Shown: piece after piece, positions 19,737 through 29,424 of the stretch
How the letters are laid out: each line of letters opens with the position of its first letter
Position numbering within the stretch: the first letter of the stretch is position 1
From: an uncultured Methanosarcinales archaeon
Lineage (GTDB): Archaea; Nanobdellota; Nanobdellia; Woesearchaeales; GW2011-AR9
Assembly: GCA_964362365.1 (NCBI GenBank)
Contig: CAYIEF010000004.1
Coordinates: 1-55,594 of the forward strand
Direction: 5' to 3'
DNA: 55,594 bases
The notes under the pieces: generated by a model
The model's database searches: none
Told to the model about the DNA's origin: nothing
Seen by the model: the letters and a program-made list of their open reading frames with translations, nothing else
Made by a program: the position numbers and the translations under genes

Positions 19737-20822
19737 TTAAATCAAATATTTAAGGAAGTATAAAAATCTTGGTTCCTTCAACACCGCCATACTTACCAAA
19801 GGAACAGGATTATCTCGAGTATATTTCTCAAATACTTTCTGCACCTTGGGCTGGTTGATGTACGACACTAACTTGTCCCAGTCTTCGTCAGAGAATTTGT
19901 CTAAGATACGCCGCACCATTAAATGTAACTTCAACTTCTTAGCTATCGGTTTCACTTCCTTCTCATAATTCTTGTTGTTGTTAATACAATCAGCTAGGAT
20001 TTCTGCCTGCTTCAAACCTGGAACCAAACCTCCTAGCGTGGTTGCCTTCACAAACCCAGCTGCATCTCCCAGCAGATAGCAATTCTCCTTCTGCAGCTTC
20101 TGAGCAGGATGATATACTGGAATGGTGCCAGCCTGCATTTCTTTGACCGTAAAGCCTTGTTCTTTCATGAACTTATCAAAGTATGCTCTTGAATTCTTAC
20201 GCATCCCTAAGCCAACTCTGGCTAGATTTTCAGACTCCGGTACTACCCAAGCAAATAATTCCGGGCAAACAGAAACGCCGAAATAAGTCTTAAAAGCATT
20301 GGGATCAAACGTTCCTTCCACCAATGCCTGCACGCCGAAATAATTCTGTCGCTCTGGATGATATAAATCATACGCTTTGGCGGTAGGTGATAATGGGCCG
20401 TCTGCAGCAATAACTATATCTGGTTTAATCCGTTTTTCTTTATTGGTTACAGAATCCTTTATAATCAGGTTTTTTCCTTCCCTACGCTGAAAAGAATGGT
20501 TAAGGAATATCTTTGCTCCTTTCTTCTTGGCCAAATTTCCGAAGAAGTTATCAAACTTATTTCTGCAGACTAAATATTCCTTTTGCTTGACTTCTAATTT
20601 GTGCTTAGGCGAATAGACTTCCACTTTATTGAAGGTATTGACCAGAAACGAATCCAGGGGCAGGTTAAATTGGTCAAAGTCGGAAGTTAGCAATCCAGTG
20701 CATTGGATGGGCAGCCCTATCTGAGCATGGTTCTCGTAAATAGACACTTTATGTCCGTTTTTAGCCAGTAGATAGCCGGCATAACAACCGATAGGGCCTG
20801 CGCCGATGATGGTGATGTTCAT
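19737..20822 (-). CDS. geranylgeranyl reductase family FAD oxidoreductase
   Basis: IIGAGPIG, QCTG, IAADG, FAWVVP, LLGDAAGFVKATTLGGL. Confidence 0.88.
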   Translation of the reverse strand: MNITIIGAGPIGCYAGYLLAKNGHKVSIYENHAQIGLPIQCTGLLTSDFDQFNLPLDSFLVNTFNKVEVYSPKHKLEVKQKEYLVCRNKFDNFFGNLAKKKGAKIFLNHSFQRREGKNLIIKDSVTNKEKRIKPDIVIAADGPLSPTAKAYDLYHPERQNYFGVQALVEGTFDPNAFKTYFGVSVCPELFAWVVPESENLARVGLGMRKNSRAYFDKFMKEQGFTVKEMQAGTIPVYHPAQKLQKENCYLLGDAAGFVKATTLGGLVPGLKQAEILADCINNNKNYEKEVKPIAKKLKLHLMVRRILDKFSDEDWDKLVSYINQPKVQKVFEKYTRDNPVPLVSMAVLKEPRFLYFLKYLI

Positions 20823-20917
20823 AGAGAATTTGACAAAATTATGACTATAAAAAGATTATCAAACAAGAATTAAAAGTTAAGAAAAAAAGAAAAAAGATTT
20901 GGAGGAGAGGTACTACC

Positions 20918-22192
20918 TTAGTAGTACTTTTCTTCTCCGTCGTCGTCTTTGCGTAATCTGCTGAAACCGATTACCAAGCCCAATAGTACCAGTAATACAA
21001 CCAATACTACTAAAGCAATTTCTAATCCGTTTCGTAAGCTGGTTTCACTGTCAGCCTTAGCTGGAGCAGTAACAGCAGCTTTCAAGATTTCTACAGCCAA
21101 GACATCACTGCCTGATTTAACTGTTAGGGAAGCTAGATGCTCTCCTGCAGTTGCATCGTCAGCAGCAGTCAGGTCAACATAGACAACTGCGCTCTTGCCA
21201 GGTTCAAGCACAACTAGCTTTTCACTGACGGAAGCGGTTGCCCAGTCTCCGGTTGCTGCTTCAACAGCATATGCTTTGGAAGCACTGCCGTCGTTGGTCA
21301 AAGCCACAGCATAAGTTGCGGTTTTGCCGGCTGCAACGGTCTGCATTTCTGGACCAGCTGCTAAGACAGTCTTACCTGATTTTTGTGGTAAGTCTTTAAG
21401 TATCAAGTCATTTTCCACAACTTTCAAGGTGTATGTCTCAGTGACGGATTCTTCTAAATCGTCATATTGTACAGTTACTTTAACTTCATACTCTCCTGCT
21501 TTGGTGTCGTAAGGAATATTGAGGAACATTTCGTCCACGTCTTCCTTATCATCAGCTGCTACTTCATCAAGGTATTCTGATGCGCTTAATCCTAGTGCAG
21601 GAACAGCTACGGTAACTTTTACGTCTTCTTCAGGGTTGTCACCAACGTTTTCAACTAGCACAGTAGTAAGCAAGGTTTGATGTCCTGCTTTAACGGTCAA
21701 GCCAGGTGAAAAGGACACATCAGCGATTTTAACTGAGTGAGTTTGTGACTCAACGTATAGAGCGTAGTCAACAGTAAGGTCAGCTTCGTTAGCTCCGCCG
21801 GAAACTCTTACTCGTAGAGTAGCATTTCCATACGCGAAGTCGTTAGGAACAGTCAATTTCAAGGTCACATCAGTGCCCTGTGTTCCATGTGTAACTTTCT
21901 TAACTACTGCTGAATCTTCAACATCTTCTTCATCGTAGCCCAAGAGCTGAGCTTCAACTTCGATGTTTTTAGCATCGACCATTCCTTGATGGTCGAAGGT
22001 AACTTCCACTTCTAATTCTTCCCCTCTTTCAACGGTAAGGGGACTTCCGCCATTTTCTTCATCATTAACTTCTACTTCAACGTATCCTGCAGTTAGGTCT
22101 CCTAGAGTACTTGGCTCAGAAGCAGCACTAACCATAGAAACAGTCAGCAAGCTAATGACAAACAATGCCATTAAACTTAGTAATTTTTTCAT
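20918..22192 (-). CDS. secreted surface protein with Ig-like/CARDB domains and C-terminal TM anchor
   Basis: Signal peptide, beta-rich repeats (VENVGDNPEEDVKVTV), C-terminal TM followed by RLRKDDDGEEKYY. Confidence 0.8.
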   Translation of the reverse strand: MKKLLSLMALFVISLLTVSMVSAASEPSTLGDLTAGYVEVEVNDEENGGSPLTVERGEELEVEVTFDHQGMVDAKNIEVEAQLLGYDEEDVEDSAVVKKVTHGTQGTDVTLKLTVPNDFAYGNATLRVRVSGGANEADLTVDYALYVESQTHSVKIADVSFSPGLTVKAGHQTLLTTVLVENVGDNPEEDVKVTVAVPALGLSASEYLDEVAADDKEDVDEMFLNIPYDTKAGEYEVKVTVQYDDLEESVTETYTLKVVENDLILKDLPQKSGKTVLAAGPEMQTVAAGKTATYAVALTNDGSASKAYAVEAATGDWATASVSEKLVVLEPGKSAVVYVDLTAADDATAGEHLASLTVKSGSDVLAVEILKAAVTAPAKADSETSLRNGLEIALVVLVVLLVLLGLVIGFSRLRKDDDGEEKYY

Positions 22193-22355
22193 TTTTTTTC
22201 TCCTCCAAATCCTTTTTCAAGGTTTGAGCGTTATTTTTGTTATGAAGCACTCATAGGTTACTTTTGAGAGTACTTTGAGGCTTTTACCACTTCAAAATGG
22301 GGGTGTTATTTAAATCTTTCGTATTTTAGTATCATATAGTAGGAACACATAGGGA

Positions 22356-24410
22356 CTACTGGGAAGTGTTGCTATCTATATAAGCCAGCCTATAGGTTGA
22401 AGTATGATAATTAGAGTTCTTGGCAGTGATTTTGACCAGATACCAGCCTGGCTGGGCTTCTTCAGGAATCGGCACATATACAGTCTTGCTAACTCCTTTC
22501 CCTTTCGATAAGTTAAAATCGCTGGTGCTGCCGAAGGCTCCTATATCATATATGGTGGCTTGGATTTCCACATCTTCAAGGTTGGTTTTGCCGTTGTTGA
22601 AAATATGTACGTGAATGGGCATCAATTCTCCGGTATGAACAAGCATATTTCCTACATGAGCTGCCTTAAACTTGATATTGGTAAACAGTGATGGTTCAGG
22701 CGTTTCCTGCGGCGGTTGGGTGTCAGTTTCATTGTTATCCTGTTCGTTTGAGCATCCCAGATCATTTGGGTAATCGATATGGGTATCAAGATCATTATCT
22801 GCTCCATCATTGCATTGCGGCTCATCTACAGGAAGCTCATTACTTTCATCATTGTCATCTGGATTGTAAGGTTCAGCAGGATCGTTGTCGGTATGGCATC
22901 CTGGATCATTTTCGTCAACCAGCGTATCTCCGTCGTTATCTTGCCTATCGCCGCATTGCGGTAGTTCAACTGGCTTATCAGTTTCATTATCATCATCTTC
23001 ACTGGTACAGCCAGGATCATTTGGATAATCAGTATAGGTATCAAGATCATTATCTATTCCATCGTTACACCGGGGTTCATCTGCAGGGTCATCTGCTTCA
23101 TTATCATCGTCTTTGTTTGAGCACCCAGGATCGTTAGGGAAATCGGTTTTTCCGTCTCCATCGTTATCTTTACCGTCTTTACATTCAGGCAGATCTACTG
23201 GATCAGTTTCATCATTGTCGGTAGGATCGTACGAACCTGAATTATTTGGATCTCCATCAGCATGGCATCCTGGATCATTTTCGTCTTTCTTTCCGTCACC
23301 ATCGTTATCAAGATTATCATCACATTGGGGCTTGACCACATTAGTGATCGTGATCAGCACATTCTCCAGATCTTTCCCGCCGAAATTGTCCACTACTTTG
23401 AAGGTAACAGAGTATAAGCCTGCTTGTGCATCGGTGGGAATCCATTTGAATAATCCGCTATCTTTGTCTAAAGATGCTCCTTGCAAAGGCGGCGAAGCAG
23501 TAAGGATGCTATATTCTAGTTTATCATTATCTGCATCAGTTGCACTTACGGTGAATTGTAACAACTGTTCTTCTTGTACAACTTTGTTAGGGATATTATC
23601 AAATACGGGATTTCTGTTGACATCCTTAACTGTAATAGTAGCTAATTCCCATGCTGATTTTTCATCTCCATCATCTGCTCTGAATCTGAAGTCGATATTT
23701 TTTGAAAGGCTAGGGTGTTTTACGAAATCATAACTAGGAGTCCAGGAAAATTGTCCGGTATTCTCATTAAATGTAGCTCCTACAAAACTAGGGTTAAACC
23801 ATAAGCAAGTGCTTCCTAATTTAAAACAAACCTTTGCTTCATAGGTAAGATCATCGCCATTAACATCAGTTGCAGAGACCTTGAATTGCAAATTCTGGTT
23901 TTCAAAGACTTCTTTGTCAGGAACAGCGTTCATGTCCGGAGCAGTGTTGATAAATACAGGTATTGCTGGAACTTCTAAAATCAAATTGGGATTTACTTTC
24001 AGATATAAGCTGGCATCAACTACTTCGTTATTTGCATCTTTTAATTTTATAACAATAATATATTCTCCTACTTTGTTTTTGTAATGTTCTGGAAGAACAG
24101 TAATCACTTGATATCCTAGGCTGTTCCCTACGTTAACATTTTTTGAAACAAGAGTGCTGACTATCTTGCCATCAGCTTTGCTGTTGATAGTAGCAGTTAC
24201 ATGTACAATCTGTCCTGCGGTAGATCCAAAGTAACCAGTAGTAAAGGTTGCAGAACCGCCATTATATATAGTCTTGCTATTAGTCCCATTATCCCAAGCA
24301 AGATACTTTGTGCTTCCATCCTGCTTCAACCAATTGATCTGGGCAGTTGCGCTTACAGTGAGAAGCAGAGTCATTAATAGTACAGTTAGTAACTTAAATC
24401 CTTGTTTCAT
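22356..24410 (-). CDS. secreted surface protein: cadherin/Ig-like repeats, five Ca-binding Cys-Asp repeats, C-terminal CARDB-like domain
   Basis: Signal peptide; NTAP..., NRNP..F, ATD.D.D.L.Y, F.WTP; C.D..DND.D...D..D(P/L)GC x5. Confidence 0.85.
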   Translation of the reverse strand: MKQGFKLLTVLLMTLLLTVSATAQINWLKQDGSTKYLAWDNGTNSKTIYNGGSATFTTGYFGSTAGQIVHVTATINSKADGKIVSTLVSKNVNVGNSLGYQVITVLPEHYKNKVGEYIIVIKLKDANNEVVDASLYLKVNPNLILEVPAIPVFINTAPDMNAVPDKEVFENQNLQFKVSATDVNGDDLTYEAKVCFKLGSTCLWFNPSFVGATFNENTGQFSWTPSYDFVKHPSLSKNIDFRFRADDGDEKSAWELATITVKDVNRNPVFDNIPNKVVQEEQLLQFTVSATDADNDKLEYSILTASPPLQGASLDKDSGLFKWIPTDAQAGLYSVTFKVVDNFGGKDLENVLITITNVVKPQCDDNLDNDGDGKKDENDPGCHADGDPNNSGSYDPTDNDETDPVDLPECKDGKDNDGDGKTDFPNDPGCSNKDDDNEADDPADEPRCNDGIDNDLDTYTDYPNDPGCTSEDDDNETDKPVELPQCGDRQDNDGDTLVDENDPGCHTDNDPAEPYNPDDNDESNELPVDEPQCNDGADNDLDTHIDYPNDLGCSNEQDNNETDTQPPQETPEPSLFTNIKFKAAHVGNMLVHTGELMPIHVHIFNNGKTNLEDVEIQATIYDIGAFGSTSDFNLSKGKGVSKTVYVPIPEEAQPGWYLVKITAKNSNYHTSTYRLAYIDSNTSQ
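22720..23330 (-). repeat. five tandem Asp-rich C.D..DND.D...D.GC modules (TSP3-like Ca-binding)
   Basis: PQCDDNLDND, PECKDGKDND, PRCNDGIDND, PQCGDRQDND, PQCNDGADND. Confidence 0.85.
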
Positions 24411-24412
24411 GT

Positions 24413-25483
24413 TTACTCCTTGTTAGGGCAGTAGGCAGCACCTGCGCTGAACATACCATCAACATTACTGAAATCAGTTCTGAATCCGCCGGCTGGGATA
24501 AGACAGACCGGTCCTAACTTCAAGCGTAGGCCAAATGTTGCATACCCAGAAAAGGCAGTATCGGTATCATCTGAGTTATTGGAAATATTAGTTCCTTCTA
24601 CGAGATTACCATTGATGTACTGTGCAGAACTTTCCCCGAATTTGCGAGTGGTCAAGTCACGCATGATTCCATGTTCTAATTCTAAGCCGATTCCCCATGG
24701 TTCTTTTTTGTCAAAAGGAATCATGTATCCGGCCATTGACCCAAGTCCAATTCCAAACTGTTCTAGGGAATAGTCATTTTTACCACGCATCACTAATTGT
24801 CCTGCTAAAGGGCCTTCTGTTGCAGGAGCATTTAAGTCTACAGAGTTAGAGCCAGAACCATAATATCCTAAAATTCGTCCGCCCCAGTACCAGTTAGTGA
24901 AATTAGGCTGTACAGTTAAAGACAAACTTCCGCCTTGCAGGTTTCCGCCAAATCCATAGGTCTCATCTTCAGCAGTGAAGATCTGTAGATAACTTGCTCC
25001 TGGGCTGAACAGTAAGAAAGGTAATTTCTCTTCTGTGGTTGGTTCAGGTGTAATCGGCGTTGGAGTAGTTGGTTTTGGTGCTTCTGCTTTCCGATCGCAA
25101 GGGAAATAGAATGTGTTGGCTGGGTTTGTTTCAGATAAATTAACGATCCATTCAGCTTTCTCTAACTTTCCATCCAGAGTTCTCTTGTCAGCAGGCAGAT
25201 TATACTTTTGTGGAAATCCATCCAGCCCAATGTTACAGTAACTAGGTTTACCCAGAACAAGCTCAATGAGAACTTTAGTTTGATTAGTATTGATTAGTTT
25301 TTTTTGTTGATACCAATCTTCTTGGTCTTTTTTACTTACATTAGTTGCGTTATCATTACGTCCGGTTACACTTGCAATCTCTTTTGGAGTAGCAATTTTA
25401 GCTTCATTTGCAGATGCAATATTTGATGCAGCAAAAATCGCAGCACCTAACATAATACTTCTTAACTTGTTTTCGATGGTCAT
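24413..25483 (-). CDS. secreted protein with Pro/Thr linker and C-terminal beta-barrel-like domain
   Basis: Signal peptide; KPTTPTPITPEPTT linker; Gly/aromatic-rich alternating strands to terminal FSAGAAYC. Confidence 0.65.
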   Translation of the reverse strand: MTIENKLRSIMLGAAIFAASNIASANEAKIATPKEIASVTGRNDNATNVSKKDQEDWYQQKKLINTNQTKVLIELVLGKPSYCNIGLDGFPQKYNLPADKRTLDGKLEKAEWIVNLSETNPANTFYFPCDRKAEAPKPTTPTPITPEPTTEEKLPFLLFSPGASYLQIFTAEDETYGFGGNLQGGSLSLTVQPNFTNWYWGGRILGYYGSGSNSVDLNAPATEGPLAGQLVMRGKNDYSLEQFGIGLGSMAGYMIPFDKKEPWGIGLELEHGIMRDLTTRKFGESSAQYINGNLVEGTNISNNSDDTDTAFSGYATFGLRLKLGPVCLIPAGGFRTDFSNVDGMFSAGAAYCPNKE

Positions 25484-25496
25484 TTTTTTAATCTCC

Positions 25497-26012
25497 TTAT
25501 CTTCCTTGTCTAAAGTAATCAGATGTTGATTTAGGGCATTCCTTTACCGGCGGACATGCTCTTGGTGTATAAGTTGGACAGCTCTTGGGCCGCTTTCGTA
25601 ATTCATCTCTTTCCGCAATACATTGATTTTTTTCTTCAAGGCACGCTTCTAACAAGCCTTCGTTTCTTCCTTTATCTCGGTTACATAGGTCTAATTTGTT
25701 TTGTAAAGAGTTAAGATGTTCGTTGTAACATGGATCTTTATCTTTAGGAGCGCCAGCATCGCCTACATAAGTTGCGCCGCCTGCGCCAGTTTGAGAAACG
25801 GGATTATAATCCCCATTACAATCATCACATTCTTTCAAAAGCAAAAATCCTGCAGTAAGTGCTACGCCCGCAAGGCCGCCTATAACATATCCTTTTTTAC
25901 GTTCATTTGTTTTAAGGCTAACTTCTTTAGCAGTATGACTATATTGATAATCTTCTGTTTCTTCCCTTTTTTCTTTTTCTGGCATGATAACCTCCTTAAG
26001 TGCTTTTGTCAC
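25497..26012 (-). CDS. single-TM protein with coiled coil and Cys/Pro-rich tail
   Basis: TM GYVIGGLAGVALTAGFLLL; LNSLQNKLDLC...; CP.Y.PRACPPVKECP. Confidence 0.6.
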   Translation of the reverse strand: MTKALKEVIMPEKEKREETEDYQYSHTAKEVSLKTNERKKGYVIGGLAGVALTAGFLLLKECDDCNGDYNPVSQTGAGGATYVGDAGAPKDKDPCYNEHLNSLQNKLDLCNRDKGRNEGLLEACLEEKNQCIAERDELRKRPKSCPTYTPRACPPVKECPKSTSDYFRQGR

Positions 26013-26121
26013 AAAGAAGTAGTGTATTTTATAAATGTTTCTACCTGTTGGTTATAACAAGGAGTGAATTACAAGTAATATCAACAGTAGAAATACTGTC
26101 AATTTAGTAGTTATTCTTTTC

Positions 26122-27306
26122 TTACAATACATTAAATAATTCTAGAACAACCCCTGCTCCAAATAATAAAATCAACAAAGAACCAAGAAACTTATGCGTC
26201 TTTAAAGAGTATTCTGGTGACCTATCACCATGTAATTTTGCTTTCCAATACGAAAAGATGATCAAGATTGCCTGTATGCCGCCGGCAATTGCTCCAGTAA
26301 TAGCGATGATAGGAATAAATGTTGCGAGGGAAAAAATGGTAATAAGGAGCGGAACGGAAAAAGTAAGCAATAACGCAGCAGATTGCGGGAAAATGTAATC
26401 ATATTCATACATTTCTATGAGGGCAATGCTGAGAGTTAAGAAAGAAGTGAACATTGACAAAACAGCAATAACATTAGCAAGCACCCCCAATGTTGGGAAA
26501 GAATAAATGCTCAAGGCTACGGTAGCTATCTTCTGATTTGGCGCAAGTAATTCAAAATTATCCAAACCGATTAAGCCGACGACGATAAATGCAAAAAGGA
26601 TGTACAATATAATTGGAATTATCGAGCCAATAATGATGGCTTTCTTCATCTTCTGTTTCTCTTGCTCCAATACTTCCTGCATTTCTGGGACGGAAGGCAT
26701 TCCCATCAAGGCAAATAAAATCACTCCATACGGCGCAAAGAACTTCGCCCAGTTTAAGGAAGCGAGGTTACTCAGATGTATATTTTGATACGAAAAGATT
26801 CCAATGAGAACTACTATTAATAGCAATACGCCTATAAGGATCAGCTCTGCTTTGCCAGCTGCTTTAATCCCTTTGTAAATAATAAGGAATGCGATGACGA
26901 AAAAAAGTATACTGTACCATAATGGATTGCCCCAGCGGAAAATTGCTCTGAGACTTTCTCCTTCGCCAATCAGGTATGCCGTCAACGCTCCATATGTCCC
27001 AAAGACCATCGAAAACATCATTAACCGTTTTCCCCAAGGACCAAGATATTTTTCAGCGTAACCTGTCAGCTGATGCTGTTGTTTCGTTCTGAGTACAATT
27101 TCTCCGGTCATTAAATTGAGAAGCAAAAATGAAAGTCCTAAAACAACAATAATGATGAATCCGAAGAGAAAACCGCTTTGGGCAACCACATAGGGGATTG
27201 CCAAAATTCCAGCGCCCACAATAGTTCCTACTAACGTAGATGTTGCTAGCAGTATTTTATGTCTTGATAAGAAACCTCTTTCAGGCGAACCTCTTTTTTT
27301 AAACAT
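26122..27306 (-). CDS. aromatic/hydroxy amino acid permease (Trp/Tyr permease family)
   Basis: LVGTIVGAGILAIPY, about 11 TMs, MFTSFL. Confidence 0.88.
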   Translation of the reverse strand: MFKKRGSPERGFLSRHKILLATSTLVGTIVGAGILAIPYVVAQSGFLFGFIIIVVLGLSFLLLNLMTGEIVLRTKQQHQLTGYAEKYLGPWGKRLMMFSMVFGTYGALTAYLIGEGESLRAIFRWGNPLWYSILFFVIAFLIIYKGIKAAGKAELILIGVLLLIVVLIGIFSYQNIHLSNLASLNWAKFFAPYGVILFALMGMPSVPEMQEVLEQEKQKMKKAIIIGSIIPIILYILFAFIVVGLIGLDNFELLAPNQKIATVALSIYSFPTLGVLANVIAVLSMFTSFLTLSIALIEMYEYDYIFPQSAALLLTFSVPLLITIFSLATFIPIIAITGAIAGGIQAILIIFSYWKAKLHGDRSPEYSLKTHKFLGSLLILLFGAGVVLELFNVL

Positions 27307-27360
27307 CGATTTAGATTATATTATGTACATTTATATATTTTATGAGAAGAAAAAAATTAA

Positions 27361-28290
27361 CTACCTGTTTTTCAAATAATCGTTAAGATGTTTTTCTAGT
27401 TCTTTAGGAGTTTGCTTGCTGCCAGACGCTCTGGGAGAGCCTATGATCGTATTTCCCCCGCCCCATTGGTCTTTCGCATCTGCGCTTATTCCCTCGATTT
27501 TATTAAAAAAATCTGGGAGTTGATCAACGGGAAGAGGGATGTAGGGAGACATTCTGCCAATAGAATAAGTGTAGGTTCCATCGCCATTTTCTCGCACCGC
27601 GACGAAAGCTTTGATTCCATCTGCAAATAGTTTTGTTCTTGCTTGAGCTCCAATTTCTCGGACCATAGCCCAATTGGTTCCGCCGCCAATTCTTTCATAG
27701 CGTAAGTCGGGGGCAACTTCTCCTCCTTGCCCAAGGACGTGTTTAGAAATTCTCTCGTAAACAGCTTCCATAACATTTCTCATTTCATGCTCGTCCATTT
27801 TTTGGATTCGGCCAGTTACTCTTGCATTAGTGTAAGGTTCATATACCCAAGCTAGTTCACGCATTAATTTTGAAAGTGGATCAAATGGATACGCTCCCGC
27901 AGTACAATCTTGTAAATCTTCAGCGTATACTAATCTGTTAATGAGTGGTTCACTTTTTTGTCCTTCTATCCTTTCATGATTTTTCAATAGCCAATAGGCT
28001 GTACTTGTGTCCTGATCAGGATCGTTAACGTAAACATGTCCTTCAACTTTTCCTTCAGGTCTAAAACTATCTATCAGTCCCTGCTTTAAAGCCAAGAATA
28101 CTTGACCGCTGGTGCTTCTGGTTGCTAATCTGTCAACTTCTTCGTGATGGTTGAAGTTTACATGCGGCCCCTTTGGATCAAAATGTGTAGCGCCATACAC
28201 AAAACCATCTAAAGCTATAGAATATGCTGGCTTTGTTTTTATAAATTCGTCCCAGGTCATTACCTTCCGAGGCTCAATGTGGAGTTGCAT
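27361..28290 (-). CDS. DHH-like phosphoesterase-related hypothetical protein
   Basis: IALDG, FNHHE, VNDPDQD, C-terminal WGGGNTIIGSPR. Confidence 0.55.
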   Translation of the reverse strand: MQLHIEPRKVMTWDEFIKTKPAYSIALDGFVYGATHFDPKGPHVNFNHHEEVDRLATRSTSGQVFLALKQGLIDSFRPEGKVEGHVYVNDPDQDTSTAYWLLKNHERIEGQKSEPLINRLVYAEDLQDCTAGAYPFDPLSKLMRELAWVYEPYTNARVTGRIQKMDEHEMRNVMEAVYERISKHVLGQGGEVAPDLRYERIGGGTNWAMVREIGAQARTKLFADGIKAFVAVRENGDGTYTYSIGRMSPYIPLPVDQLPDFFNKIEGISADAKDQWGGGNTIIGSPRASGSKQTPKELEKHLNDYLKNR

Positions 28291-28340
28291 AAGTTTATTC
28301 AGGTAATATCCTACTTATAAAATTTTCCACTAAAAATGAG

Positions 28341-29159
28341 TTACCCAATAAAATAGAAATTTTTGTTATAATTCAAGGCTAGATAAATAGTCACAGCAAT
28401 GAAATCTGCTGCCAGTCCAACTCCAATTCCTTGATTTTCTTTTTTCCGAAGTACTGCATTATAAGCAGCAACCAGGCGCTGAGAAAATTTCCCTTTAGAT
28501 TGTAAAAAGGTATTGTAGGAAATCTTGATGTCCGGAAAATTCTTTAAAAACTGTTTGTTGTGAATGACTCCGGTTGGATGACCGCCGTTACTCTCCCGCT
28601 CAAATTCCTGTTTATAAAAGTCGAAAACTGAATCAACGTCATGTCTTTGTACTTCATACTGTTTACCTCTATGGCTGAAGGAAATATCTCTTGCAGCTTC
28701 CTTCCCTTCTAAAAACGATACCACATCTTCTTGGTCGGTTTCTTTTATGACTTTGCCTGCGGCCGTAAGCAATTTATCTACACTGTCTTTAGAAGATGGA
28801 TCGTACAGAATATGCGCGGCGACGATAGGAAAGGAGAATTCTAATATCCCTAAATTTATTTGTCCTCCCTCTCGGTTAGCCTTACTAAGAATAACTGCTT
28901 CTTTAAAGAATTTATATATGCCGGATGGATTCCCATTTCTCTGAAGATGCTCGGCTAGATGATAATATGCAGGATAAACGTTTACACCTCCAGCGATAAA
29001 CATCTCTAAGGTATTTTTAGGAGTGTCTTCATGTCTGGTAACACAGCCAGGTTTATCTGAAAGGGGCTCTAAAGCACAAGCCATAGCTATGTTTCTTGCT
29101 TCTTTTTCTGGAAGTGAAAGCGCGTTATACGCTGCTTCAACTTGTTGTAGAATATCCAT
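28341..29159 (-). CDS. CitG/MdcB-like triphosphoribosyl-dephospho-CoA synthase homolog
   Basis: ALEPLSDKPGCVTR, INLGILEFSFP, C-terminal GLAADFIAV; start moved to MDILQ because the ORF-track 5' extension overlaps tRNA-Trp. Confidence 0.65.
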   Translation of the reverse strand: MDILQQVEAAYNALSLPEKEARNIAMACALEPLSDKPGCVTRHEDTPKNTLEMFIAGGVNVYPAYYHLAEHLQRNGNPSGIYKFFKEAVILSKANREGGQINLGILEFSFPIVAAHILYDPSSKDSVDKLLTAAGKVIKETDQEDVVSFLEGKEAARDISFSHRGKQYEVQRHDVDSVFDFYKQEFERESNGGHPTGVIHNKQFLKNFPDIKISYNTFLQSKGKFSQRLVAAYNAVLRKKENQGIGVGLAADFIAVTIYLALNYNKNFYFIG

Positions 29160-29205
29160 TTTTATGAAAGTAAGTCTATTCTTTAAAAATTTTTTCTGAA
29201 AAGAG

Positions 29206-29376
29206 TGGGGCTGCTGGGATTTGAATTCCTGAGCAACAAACATCAGCTTGTCACTTCCCAGATCCGAAGCTGGCTCCAAGGAAAGTTTTGTCACTGCCTA
29301 TTGGCTCAACCCTCCATGCTGGAGGCTCCTATTTTTGGCGGTAGTTTATACCTCTGCCAGGTTATACTACAGCCCC
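29206..29376 (-). tRNA. tRNA-Trp(CCA) with three introns (about 22/23: 29353-29334; 37/38: 29318-29272; 53/54: 29256-29226)
   Basis: Removing 20+47+31 nt gives 73-nt GGGGCTG TA GTAT AACCTGGCA GAAT A GGAGC CTCCAGA GCTTC GGAT CTGGG TTCAAAT CCCAG CAGCCCC A; each intron has a 4-bp central helix and 3-nt bulges. Confidence 0.88.
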
Positions 29377-29424
29377 GCCAAATCCATAAAATGACGTTCT
29401 TTTATTAAGATTTTCGTTTTGGAA

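Noticed and set aside
22420-24084. Several plus-strand ORFs inside the surface-protein gene
   Set aside because: Shadow frames produced by the repetitive Asp-rich coding strand
29205-29408. ORF-track ORF and the 5' extension of 28341..29294
   Set aside because: Both overlap the intron-containing tRNA-Trp
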